NCBI GenBank assembly: GCA_951406725.2
Contig: OX597822.1
Coordinates: 52,142,001-52,206,000 of the forward strand
From: Octopus vulgaris
Lineage: Eukaryota
Reading direction: 5' to 3'
Length of the DNA stretch: 64,000 nucleotides
Positions 42,451 through 55,742 of the stretch are shown one piece after another. Made by a program: the position numbers and the translations under genes. Below the pieces are notes generated by a model, which was not told where the DNA came from, searched no databases, and was given only the letters and a program-made list of their open reading frames with translations. The first letter of the stretch is position 1. Every line of letters starts with the position of its first letter.

Positions 42451-42505
<55 letters not shown>

Positions 42506-42620
42506 TAGTTATGGCTAAATTCTAGGAGATAAAGAACTCAGTACGCGCATAGAGTATAAAGTTGCAATAACTCGTCTGCATCTCCATCTATCTTTCTGTT
42601 TATCACTATATATGTACGTG

Positions 42621-42661
<41 letters not shown>

Positions 42662-42731
42662 TTTATATATATATACATATATATATATACACATGTATAT
42701 ATATATATATATACATATATACATATAAACA

Positions 42732-42782
<51 letters not shown>

Positions 42783-43357
42783 AATGATAGAAAATGCAAC
42801 ACAAGGGAAACTTTGTTACTTACAACGATAGGTTCGAAACATCCTGTATCAGTATGGGAGAGTAATCGAGGCAGATTTAACAAAAGGTGATATGTGGTCA
42901 GGAAGCGTCGAAGTACACGTGCTAGTCCGACTGACCTTACAAAGACCATAGAACCATACCAAGACACAAAGAAAACAGCTAAGAAGGATCAATTCCTTTT
43001 AACCAGCATTGAAATCTCCTCTCAGGAAAATAAACAGAATACCAACTGACAAAATTACGCATCTATGGAGTACCGACCTCCTCAAAGAAATTAGAATCAT
43101 ACAAAGACAATAAGTTACATAAAGTAATTAACATGTAAAATATTACTAGCAAAATTAACATTAAGACATTATATCCAACTTGAAAAAGAATATCCTCAAG
43201 ACGTTGCTATTTTTTAACCTTAAATATCTCAAAAATGTTCACTATACCTATATATATATGCATATACATATGTGTATATACATATTCATATGTATGTTTA
43301 TATATATATATATATATACCTATATATATGTATATATATATATATATATATACTATA

Positions 43358-43452
<95 letters not shown>

Positions 43453-45082
43453 GAGATGGCCGTACAAGCAAGATTAAATGACTTAAACAAAATTACAGAG
43501 GAAATAATTTTTAGTAGAGTATGTGAGGCTGAAAGTAGTAGTGGAGGGTATGCTTCCTATATGCTATGTATTTGGGGAGAAAGACCACATGAAGGCAAGG
43601 TGTCCCCAAAAAGAGGAGGAGCAACGGATGGAATAGCCTGAAGAATAAGAGAAGGAAGACGAAGTGGTGCTAGAGGGTGTGAAGGAGACGGTAGTAACAG
43701 AAGAGGCGGCGAGCTGGCAGAAACGTTATCACCCCGGGCGAAATGTGAAACCTTATTTCGTCTGCCGTTACGTTCTGAGTTCAAATTCCGCCGAGGTCGA
43801 CTTTGCCTTTCATCCTGTCGGTGTACCAGTTATTCACTGGGGTCGGTAAAATCGACTTAATCCGTTGGTCTGTCCTTGTTTGTTCTCTCTGTGTTTAGCC
43901 CCTTGTGGGTAGTAAAGAAATAGGTAGTATAACAGAAGAGGCGTTCACAGTAGTAAATAAGTGAAAAAGAAAAGAACGAGAAGGCAGAAAAAGAAAAAAG
44001 AGAAGGAGAAGGAGCTTGAGGAGGAAGGTGATAAGGAGGTGACAGAAACGAGTTTACAAACTATACCAGAAGAAGAGGAGTTGGGTTGTGGAGAGAGACA
44101 ATAGCATGAAAATGAAGCATCGACATTGACTAAAATGAAAGAGAATAAAGACAGAGTGGAGGCACCAAAGGTGGAGCAAGGAAAAAATGTGGAATTTTGC
44201 TGATATACGCCAAAAGCACGGCGGTAGATAAAAGATAACGTAATTTTTTGAATAATTTTTCCATCTAATTTCATTTTTCTACCTAAAATTGTTATTTATG
44301 CTTTTCGAAAGTGATAGATCACCGGTAGAAACAGTCGACCTCACGTTTTAAGTATGGAATAGGCTGTATCCCGTTCCAAAATTGTGTTTTATTGCTGAGT
44401 TCGCCTCTCGTCGAAATCAACTTTGTTGTTCATCTCTCTGAGATCGATTATTACTGAATGACAGAGCTGTGCTTGCCATCAAAGTTAAACTGGGGTAAAA
44501 TATATGAAGCCCAGTATACCCGCCAGTCAAGTAATGGGATCTATGGTATCAACTAACTCCTGCTCTTCAAAATTGTTGCAGAGACGAGTGGGTCGATTGT
44601 GCCTGGGTGGTGGTAGTACGAGACAAACCAGTCCCCAGAAACAGAGGCCATTAGAATAGCGATTGAAAAGACAGGGAGGACACAGCCCACCCGTGCGCCA
44701 GATATTGGAGTGTACTCATTAGTGACTGAATTCTAATCAATGGTCTTTGTCTCGATGCGTCCAATATGTCATCACGCAAAGTGGTGCCACTGTTTTACTT
44801 GCGGCAGTAGTACTTATTGTGGGTTTCAAGTAAGCCTTGTAGAATGACAGCACCTGCTGGATACTAAAGTGTATTCTGGTTCCTAAACAGAAGGGCTAGA
44901 CTTTGAAAAGCGATCCTATAGATGCTAAGGATGTACCTTTTTCAGAAGCCAGGGGAGATCCTCGGTAGTAGTGAAGCCAAGTATTTGGAGCGACGGTGTG
45001 GGCTCTAACCCATTGTGGTTATATAAATATAGAGAGTTAGGTATAGATGTATATGTATACATATACATACATACATGCATGC

Positions 45083-45137
<55 letters not shown>

Positions 45138-45317
45138 TTATCTCTAGATTTTCTATAGAAATTAGAGCCAAAACTGAAAAATGTCTTAGGTAGCACCGAT
45201 ATTTTAAATAACATGCATTGATAAGTTAGTTGTAATAACACTACTGTTGATAAATTGAACGAAATAACTTTAAAATAAGAAAGAAATGAATTATGAATAG
45301 CGGTGTAATTTACTTAC

Positions 45318-45375
45318 TGTTGTAGCTGTTCACATAAGAAATAGCTACTGTTACTAGTAGCAATAGTCGCAGCAT
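45318..45375 (-). CDS. Gene copy 2, signal-peptide exon
   Basis: Same 58-nt coding exon and gtaagt donor as copy 1. Confidence 0.8.
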
Positions 45376-45439
45376 GTTGCCCAGTTGGTTTATCTTTTCT
45401 TTCTGCCTCTTGTAGACTGGTGACTGTTGTTTACCGAAA

Positions 45440-45482
45440 CAAGGATGAGTTTGACAAACGTCTCAAACGTACGCTTTATATA
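45440..45482 (-). promoter_or_regulatory. Core promoter (TATA) of gene copy 2
   Basis: TATATAAAG about 100 nt upstream of the ATG. Confidence 0.55.
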
Positions 45483-45988
45483 GGCCGCAATAAACGTGAT
45501 CAACTGCATACATCGTGGGAAATAATTGGTTTCACAAATTCCGTGTTTAGAAACAGCAAAAATAAACATCAATAAATAGGTAGTTTTAATTTCCCATTAA
45601 TGGTTTCTTCCTAAAAATAAACTATTCATAAATAGGTTGGGCCTTCTTACGATAACAAACAATAGTATCAGAGGTGTTTCACAAGGTGGTGGTTAAATAA
45701 GTTCTTCATTATCATCACGTTTTAATCAATGTGTTTATAGACAGCAATACTATATATATGTGTGTGTGTCTTTGTGTGTCTGTGTTTGTCCCCCTAGCAT
45801 TGCTTGACAACCAATGCTGGTGTGTTTACCTCCCCGTCTCTTAGCGGTTCGGCAAAAGAGACCGATAGAATAAGTACTGGGCTTACAAAGAATATGTCCC
45901 GGGGTCGATTTGTTCGACTAAAGGCGATGCTCCAGCATGGCCGCAGTCACAATGACTGAAATAAGTAAAAGAGTAAAGAGTAAAAGAG

Positions 45989-46012
<24 letters not shown>

Positions 46013-46019
<7 letters not shown>

Positions 46020-47198
46020 AATCCAAACGGGAAAACAAGAAAACAACAACAGTGGAACAATTACAGTATTATTATTAATAGGCGCTCAGGAAATATGGAA
46101 GCAGAAAGGTATGACGTTTCGAGCGGAGCTCTTCGTCGGAAACATAAAGAAGGAAGAGAGAGGAAAGAAAGATCCCAAAGCGGGCAACAGGAGATGGAGA
46201 AAAAAACGACTGGTGTTTACGAAGTACACATGGTGAAAGGCGGAGTTTACGATAACAAGAGCAAAGTAGGTTTTTAAAGCCAAAAGAGTGGAGACAGGGT
46301 TGGTAACGCAACAGATGTGTGTGTATGTGTGAGTGTGTGCGTGTGCGTGTGTGTATGTGTGTGTGAGGCGAGATAAAAAAACAAAAAATATATGTATGTG
46401 TTAGCGTGTGCGTCTGTGTGTAGGCGTGTGAGGTAGGGCGAGACAGTAGTAGGCATAGCAGACAGTGGTCAGTAAGAAAATGAAGGAAGGAGGAAGGGAG
46501 GGAGGGGAAGGGGTGGGGGCGTATGTAGCGTGCCAGCGTGTGTTGAGTAGTAGTGTGTGTGTGTGTCCAGTGTCGTGGTAGTATTAATGGCGAGTAGATT
46601 GAATGTGTGTAAGAGTAATGTATATATTTAAGCAATCTGTGTGTGTAAGTGGGTGTGTGTATGTGTGCGCGTGTGTGTAACAAAAAAGGGGGGGTTAAGG
46701 AAAAAGGACTCCAGCTGAGGGGAAGATGGAAGAGTGGTCCCGCGGAGACGGGCGTGGGAGAACCCAACGACGGGCGACGGTCCCAGGAACGAGCGGGAGG
46801 TCTCGTCGGGTCCAAGAGCGAGGTGCATGCAGCGCGTATGCGTGCGCGAACCGGCGCAAGCGCGTGTGTGCGCGCGCCTGCGAGTATGCGCGTAAGTATG
46901 TATGTGTGTGGATGTGTGAGTGTGTCTGTGTGTATGTCTGGGTGTCAGTGTGTCCGATGAATGTATGTGAGTATGTGTGTATATATGTGTGTGCATAGAT
47001 GTATGTCCGTGTGTGTGTGTGTGTGTATGTGTATGAGTGTGTATGTATGTACGTGTGGGTGTGTGGAAGTGTGTGTATGTGCATGTGTGTGCGCGTACAT
47101 ACAGGTGTGTGAGTGAGTGTGTGTGTGTATGTATGTGTGAGTGTGTATGTATGTGTGTGTAGGATGCATGTATGTGTATGGGTGTATGTATGTATGTA
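46013..47198 (-). mobile_element. Unit-3-specific ~1.2 kb non-coding insertion, probably Penelope-derived and non-autonomous
   Basis: Absent at ~470-520 and ~24100-24120. Inserted in (TA)n. Degenerate (CA/TG) tracts. Hammerhead-like CCGACGA-A-GAGC-TCC-GCTC-GAAACGTC on the minus strand at 46113-46139. Confidence 0.55.
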
Positions 47199-47343
47199 TA
47201 TACATGGTAATAACAGGATTTTTTAGAAATTTCTAGTAGCTTTCTTCGAAAAACGTGCTTGTTAGTGATAAATTATATGGTTATCGACGTTGTCTATTTT
47301 CGGCATATTTTGGCATTAGAAATTTTTTCTTTTGTCCTTACTT

Positions 47344-47386
<43 letters not shown>

Positions 47387-49283
47387 TTTTACTTATTTTA
47401 CTTTTTACTTTTACTTGTTTCAGTGATTTGACTGCCGCTATGCTGGAGTACCGCCTTCAGTCGACCAAATTGACCCCAGGACTTATTCTTTGGAATCCTA
47501 GTACTTATTCTAGTGGTCTCTTTTGCCGAACCGCTATGTTACGGGGACGTAAACACACCAACATCGGCTGTGAAGCGATGTTGGGAGGACAAACACAGAC
47601 ACAAACATATACACACACATACATATATATATACATATATACGACGGGCTTCTTTCAGTTTCCGTCTACCAAATCTACTCACAAGGCTTTGGTCGGCCCG
47701 AGGCTATAGCAGAAGACACGTGCCCAAGGTTTCACGAGTGGGACTGAACCCGGAACCATGTGGTTGGTAAGCAAGATACTTACCACACAGATTTATGAAA
47801 AAACAACTAAAATGCTACTTTCAAAAATTGGGCACATTTTAATTTTCCTTTATATAAATACATTAAAAGAAGAATGTTTTAGATTTGTTTTACATGTTTC
47901 GATTTTTGAACAACCTTTTCAAAAATATGTACTAAAATGGAATATGTAGAGAGGAAAGAGCTATTAATAAAATAAAGTTAAAATTAAAATTAACATTCAT
48001 AGTTTACTTTCCTTTTTCTGCAAGAGCACGTGGTAGTTTCCGTCAATTTTCGTGGCATGACAATTGAACTATCTGTGACGGCAAATTGCTACTATCTGTT
48101 TTGGTAAATTAAAAAGTGTGGTCAAGACTTGTTTTCTATAAGAGTGGCTGTAGCCGTCGAGTAACCAGCAGCAGTGATAATAATAGTCGTCGTGGTGATG
48201 TTGTTCCCTCGGGGTTTTAATAGAATTCGGGTTCTTCGACCCTTGTCTTTATTTCTTATGAACTACTTGCATATCCATATATCCATATGTATACACATAC
48301 GTACATATATACACACACTCTCTCTATATATATATCTATATATATATATATATATATATATGCATGTGTGCGTACTTGTGTATATGAATACGTGTGTGTA
48401 TATGCGTATACTGTTTGAATGCTTACCTATTTCTTTACTACCCACAAGGGGCTAAACACAGACAGGACAAACAAGGACAGACAAACAGATTAAGTCGATT
48501 ACATCGACCCCAGTGCGTAACTGGTACTTAATTTATCGACCTCGAAAGGATGAAAGGCAAAGTCGACCTCGGCGGAATTTGAACTCAGGACGTAACAGCA
48601 GACGAAATACGGCTACGCATTTCGCCGGCGTGCTAACGATTCTGCCAATTCGCCGCCTTCTTACCATGTCATGTACGACAATCAAAGGAGAGAAGAAAAG
48701 ACAGACATACATATAAACCCATTTCATCAGCCGACGTTTTTAATACAGAGTCCAGTGCTACTTCAAAGCATCGGCACAATACGCAGTTGTCTAGGGGCCT
48801 CATAGGTCTAAGGGTCCAATTCTAATCTTTGTATGACGTGGCTTGCTGTCAATAAATAAATACTATAGAGCCCTGTGCAGTGATTTGCCCAAGGGTCTAT
48901 AATGCTGCAAGAGTTACACGATTTCGGCGGTTAGGAGCCGTTTCGATGGTTAGTCTGGAAATTACCAGTTTGAACGAAATGAAATCAAGTTTTGCCACTG
49001 AAAACGCACAGAGGGGAAATATAAAACTTGTAGAAAACAAGTAGATACAGAGTATAAAGGATGGTGCCTTTTCTCTTGAAAGAGGAAGAGTTCTAGTGCA
49101 CGGGGAGAATAATAAAATGACCTTCATCTAAATATAATCTAAATATAATTGGACGCAAAGGGCGATAGAAAAGAGTGGTGATCAGCAGAAGCAGGTGACA
49201 GGAAAAGCAGAGGAAATGTTGGATAGAGAGAGAGTGAGATAGAGAGAAAGGGAGAGAGGTAAAGTAAAATAGAGCAACGGTAA

Positions 49284-50195
49284 GTAATAATAATAATAAT
49301 AATAATAATAATTGTGTACAGTGCTCAGGTGCACTACAACTCATCTAAAGTGTATATATAATCAAGTGTAGTTTCGGCGGATTTCGGAAAGCATGAGGGC
49401 CTTAAAGGATGCAGTGTCATGGCTGTCAACAACTGACGCAGGCAGTTTATTCCATGCTTCAGCAACTCTGAGCGTGAAAAATGTTTCCGAAAGTCATGGG
49501 AGCTGTGTTGTTTTCTTACTTTGTAGGCATGTCCACGTGTGTTAGACACATGGAGATCAAAAAGGTGTTCAGTGTTGTTGGTGAGGTGGTTGATAACTTT
49601 GTGGGTGTTTACCAAGTCCGTCGCCAGACGCCGGAGCTTCAGTGAATCCATGCCCAGGGAAACAATGCCCTCAGAATATGGTAGGTGTCTGATGGAGGGT
49701 ATGCGTTTGGTTACACGTCTCTGGACAGATTCCAGGAGGTCAATGTTCTGAGCAAGATAGGGGTTCCAAACTGATGATGCGAATTCCAAGTGTGGTCGTA
49801 CCATAGCTGTATACAGTTTTAAATAGATGGCTGGAGAGCGGCTAACAAAAGTCTTGCTGAGTGATGCCAAGACACCCTCGGCGTTCTTGACAATTTTAGA
49901 GATATGCTTTGTCCAACGCAAATTACTGCTGACAGTGATGCCTAGGTCACGCTCGCCAGAGGATTTCTTGATATCAGTGTTGTGGAGGGAGTATGTGGAC
50001 GCAGGGTTTTTTCTCCCAAAATGCATGGTGGTACACTTGTCCACAGCCAGTTTCATTTGCCAGTCTGTGATCCATTGCTGCATTGTGTCTAGGTCTGATT
50101 GCAAGAAAGAGTTGTAGACATCAGGATCTGTCCTCTTGATTTCAAGGTACAGCTTGATGTCGTCTGCATATTGTCAGGTAGTAGGGCATCTATGT
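49284..50195 (-). mobile_element. 5'-truncated CR1/L2-clade LINE, unit 3 copy (additional frameshift and small rearrangement)
   Basis: Homologous to 4875-5792. Confidence 0.9.
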
Positions 50196-50761
50196 CAGGT
50201 AGTAGGGGAGACAGGGGAGAAAATTAAGGTGAGATTTTAAAAAGTGTCACGTAGGGGAAATCAAGGTAGTTACAATGAAGACTATAGATGTGTACAACTG
50301 GTAGATCCACTAGTGTTGCACCGCTATATTTTGTAGCTATTTAAACAATGAGTTCGTGAACAGTTAATGGGTTAGATGTGTTGAGGTAATGTTCATATAA
50401 ATCCATTACATACTTTTTCTATCTTCGATTGCACTCTTTACATTAGACGTATTTGAATATGAAATGTTGTAACAAATCAGTGCTGGCTATAATTTCGATA
50501 GAGAATCTGTAGAGACAATCTCAAAACGTTTTAAATATATATATACTCTTTTACTTGATTCAGTCATTTAACTACAGCCATGCTGGAGCACCACCTTAAA
50601 AGGTTTTAGTCGAAGAAATCCGCCGCAGAACTTGTTCTTTGTAAGCCGAGTACTTATTCTATCGGACTATTTTGCCGAATCGCTACATTACGGGGACCTA
50701 AATACACCAGTATCGGTTGTCAAGCGATGGTAGGGGGACAAACACAGACACAAAACATATT

Positions 50762-50835
<74 letters not shown>

Positions 50836-52735
50836 CATGTGTGTGTGCGTGTGTGTATATATATATATATATATATGATAGGCTTCTTTCAGTTTCCGTC
50901 TACCAAATCCACTCACAAGGTTTTGGTCGGTCCGAGGCTAAAGTAGAAGACACTTACCCAAGGTGCCACGGACTGAACTTGGAACCATGTGATTGGGAAG
51001 CAAGCTTTTTACCACACAGCCATGCCTGCGCCGTACGTATACAGCGAGAAATAAAACGGAGGCATAGAATTATGGTGAAATGTGTAAATGAGTTTTATTA
51101 ACGATGTGTCTCGAAATGATTGCAGTTAGAAACAATAGCTACTAAGACAAAGAAAAAACCCTTTGGAAGGAGAAAGGGTGGAAATCTATTACACGTTTCA
51201 CGCATCTAAAACCCAACAAATGCTATTAATTACACTAAAACAAACTCTTGCCGTTATTCCATTAAACGAAGAGCTAAAATTTTAACAAGTTTACATTTAA
51301 AGCACAAATATAGAAGCATTTTCACGTCCACACTTAGTTTTTAATACAAGATAATATTAGCAAACAAGCATACCTGTGTTGTCAAAAATGTCGACGGTTT
51401 TATTAATGATAGAAAATGGTGCATCGAGACAATGAGAGAAACCATTGATAAATGCTAGCAATGGAGTAAATATATGTACATAAACAGAACTGAAGCACTT
51501 GAACAATCAGATACGGTTGTAACATTTCGGTTGAAAATATTATAATCCATGCAATATGAATATATATGAAACGTCCACGCTCGCATGGAACAGACAGATT
51601 TTGTATAGCCGAATGTCACCCCCGTCGCCAACCCTCATATGGAAGCAGGTGAGGATAGTCGATGGGAAAGGTATCCAAGCCTAGGCCTGATTATGTGGAA
51701 GGCTGAAAACGAAGAACATCTCTTGCATTAATGACACACAAAACCACTGCTCGAATTTAAGGCAAGGAGACAGTAAAACTAACATATACAGTAAAACACA
51801 CATACAGGGTGTGGTGAATATATTGTTGTTTAAATTATGCAAAAATGAAAATAACACCGACATCTCATTTTAACAGATATATTTACTAAAATTACATAAA
51901 AATATCTTGAAATACTAAAAAGTAAATTTATTCAATAAAAGCGCCATTGGGATCAACCACAGCATCCAAACTATTTCGGAATCTCCTGCAACTCTTCTGG
52001 ACTGTCTCTTTCTTTAAGTTGGTGAATGTTGCCATAATCCTTGCTTTCAGTTCATCTTTGGTGTTACAAGGAGTTTTGTTAATCTCTCGCCCAACAGCGC
52101 CTCACACATAATAATCAAAGGGGTTGCAGTTTGGGGAGTTAGGTGATCATATGTTAGTGGATAGAGAGGGTAGAAGAGCTGTGTATGTTAAAATGAAGAA
52201 AGAGGTCAAAGGAAAAGGTGAGAAAAGAAGAAGGAAAGAAATAGGAAGAGAAGATGAAGACAAGATGAGAAAATGAAAAAAAGAAGAGAAAATGAAAAAG
52301 GTAGAAGGAAGTGAAAAAAGTGAAAGAAGGAGTGTTAGATGGTGGTCAAGATATTATGAGGGGGGAATGGGAGAGGAGTAGGGGAGGGTAAGAAGTGATA
52401 AGAATGAATGTAGTGAATATGTGTGAGGTGGAGTGATATGTTACAATGGTGTTAAGGAATGGGTACAGAAAAAGATATAGGAGGAGGGTTTCTAAAGTCA
52501 GTAGTAAACCACAAATTGGAAGGGAAGAATACTAAGACTGGTCAAGTTTCTATAAATAGATTTATATGCTTATTCAACTGGCTAATGTTATAGTATGGAG
52601 AGAGGAATCAGAGAGAAGGAAAGAGAGAAGTGTATATCGATATACGCACGCACACATGCACATGTATGTGTGTGTGAAATGCATTATTATATAGACTTGC
52701 GTACTAGTGTATTTAAACCTGTATGCATGCATGCA

Positions 52736-52769
<34 letters not shown>

Positions 52770-54629
52770 CATACACACAGATACATATACGCGTACAAAT
52801 ATATACGCACATACGTATACATACAGATGCCCATACAAACATACATGCACATCCATACACATATATATATGCGCACACACGCATACCCCTAAATACATGC
52901 ATAAACGCATACACGTGCGCATATATACACGCTTACATGCACGTGTACATACATATTGGAATTTACAAACCACGGACTGGAAGCATTTCAACCACTTTCC
53001 TTGGATAACGGAACTGTAACTATAACATCTTTATACATTTTTATTTTTATCTCTACATTCTATTTCCCTATATACTCCTTATTTGCTTCCTTTTCCAAAA
53101 TAACTCCTCATATTGAACTCTAATATTTCCCTCTATTTAAAGGTGACGAGCTGGCAGAAACGTTAGCACGCCGGGGCGAAATGCGTAGTCGTATTTCATC
53201 TGCCGTTACGTTCGGAGTTCAAATTCCGCCGAGGTCGACTTTGCCTTTCATCCTTTCGGGTCGATTAAATAAGTGCCAGTTACGCACTGGGATCGATGTA
53301 ATCGACTTCATCTGTTTGTCTGTCCTTCTTTGTCCTCTCTGTGTTTAACCCCTTGTGGGCTGTAAAGAAATAAGTATTTCGTCTGCCGCTACGTTCTGAG
53401 AAAACATTTATTCCCTCTCTCTCCCTCTCACACAAAAAAGAAACCGAAGTGTGTTTGCGCGCGAAAGATTTTTGTTTTCTTTTTCTAAAACACTGGAATA
53501 AAACTGAAAATATTTAGTGGAGAAAAAGTGTGTATTTTGTTGGGATTAATTAATGATTTGACAGCAAAGAAGTAAGTAGTACTTTGTAGGTAAATTTTTA
53601 CCTGTCTACTTATACAGACACACACGCCATATATACATATATATATGCATTCATTACGACTTCACAAAAAATATTTTCAGCATAAAATACACACAATATA
53701 CATGTGAACATATTAATCCACATTCTCTATTTATTGAATAACGAACCAAGTAATCCGCACTCTGGAAAACGTATTTTTGTAAAATGTTGAGAGTGGTGGG
53801 GTAAAATTTCCGTGTGTTCCTCGCCCCACCCTCTGTTTTCCGGACCAAAAAAGGGTTTTGTGGCATGTTAGCAGGTCACCGTAATTCATTCAACGAAAAA
53901 TGAATTTCTTTTTTCTTAGTGAAAATCGTGCGGGTGTACTTCCCAATGAGAACGGGGAGGTGAAATTTCCAAGGGTTCCACCCCGTTTTCCGGACCAAAA
54001 AATCATTTTGTGGCATATTATGTCACTGTAATTCATTCAACGAAAATATAAAATATTCCAATGATTCCGGAATGGATGGGGTCCAGTTTTCCCCACCCCT
54101 TTTTTCCGATTTCACTTAATTCCATGCGAATAATCCGATTTTTCTTTTCTTAGTGAAACTCGTGAGGGTGAAAGTATCGAAATTTAACCAAATTTTGGAA
54201 GAACGACAATAGGTAACCTAGCAATTCATTGTTGAACATTGGAATTAGTGCGATATTTACCAGTTTATTGATTTTGCTCAAATTCTCTAAAAATATTAGT
54301 TTCAAATGTTGGCACAAGGCCAACAATTTCGGAGAGTCGATAACATCGAACTCAGTACTCAACGGGTACTTATTTTATCGACCCCGAAAGGATGAAAGGC
54401 GAAGTGGACATCGGTGGAATTTGAACTCAGAACATGAAGACGAAATGTCGCCAACCATTTTCCCTGGCGTAAACATCGTGTCTATTCCTTAGAACAAGGA
54501 AGCAGTCCGCGAAAAGTTCTTAAAATAAAAGTTTAATTGAAGTTAACTTTCTTTGTGTATTTCCTAATGGCCAGTTTCAGCACACGATCTCAAATCAAAA
54601 CAATATATAGGCAAGTACACATGTAAATA

Positions 54630-54696
<67 letters not shown>

Positions 54697-55742
54697 ATAG
54701 TATGCAGTTCTGGGTTAGCTCCCAGATATGGAGCGTGAATGTTATGACTATAGTCGAAATGTCTCCCAACGAACAATTTGCTTTAAAATAAAATTTACTT
54801 ATTTGTCACCCCAGAAAATAGCTTCATACGGAACTAGGAACTAGTATATATTGACATGTGTACTTTATGAAAATTACAAAGGGTATATTAGTTTAACCCC
54901 TTCTTTTTTCGATATTCATATTTAAACACACTAAGGCGGCGAGCTGGCAGAGACGTTAGCACGCCGGCCGAAATGCGTAGCCGTATTTCATTTGCCGTTA
55001 CGTTCTGAGTTCAAATTCCGCCGAGGTAAACTTTGCCTTTCATCCTTTCGGGGTCGATAAATTAAGTGCCTGTTACGCACTAAGGTCGATGTAAACGACT
55101 TAATCACTTTGTTTGTCTTTGTTTGTCCCGTCTGTGTTTAACCCCTTGTGGGCAATAAAGAAATAGGTATTTCGCCTGCCGCTACGTTCTGAGTTCAAAT
55201 TCCGCTGAGGTCGACTTTGCCTTTCATCCTTTCGGGGTCGATTAAATAAGTACCAGTTACGCACTGAGGTCTATGTAATCGACTTAATCCCTTTGTTTGT
55301 CCTTATTTGTCCCCACTATGTTTAGCCCCTTGTGGACAATAAAGAAATAAGGAAATTTAGCACGCAGGGTAAAATGATTATCGACATTTGATCCGTTTTT
55401 ACTTTCTGGGTTCAAAATTCGCAGGTATCGACTTTGCCTTTCATCCTTTCGGCGTCGATAAAACAAGTACCAGTTGAACACTGCAGTTGTAAAATTTATT
55501 TGCAAACAACCTATTTGTTGATGACTTCCTTTGCCTGAAGTCCTCACTTTTGAGATTGTTGACATTTGTTAACGATAAGAAGCTTGCTTCTCAACCACAT
55601 GGTTCCGGGTTCAGTCCCACTGCGAAGCACCTTGGACAACTGTCAACTACTATAGCCTCGGGCTGACCAAAGCCTTGTAAATGGATTTGGTAATTTGGTA
55701 GACGGAAATTGAAAGGTTCCGTTGTATATATATATATATATA

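Larger units (their letters stand above)
23634..45523. repeat. Segmental tandem duplication unit 2 (~21.9 kb)
   Basis: Colinear, near-identical copy of 1..23633, differing mainly by TE indels and the module array of the gene. Confidence 0.95.
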
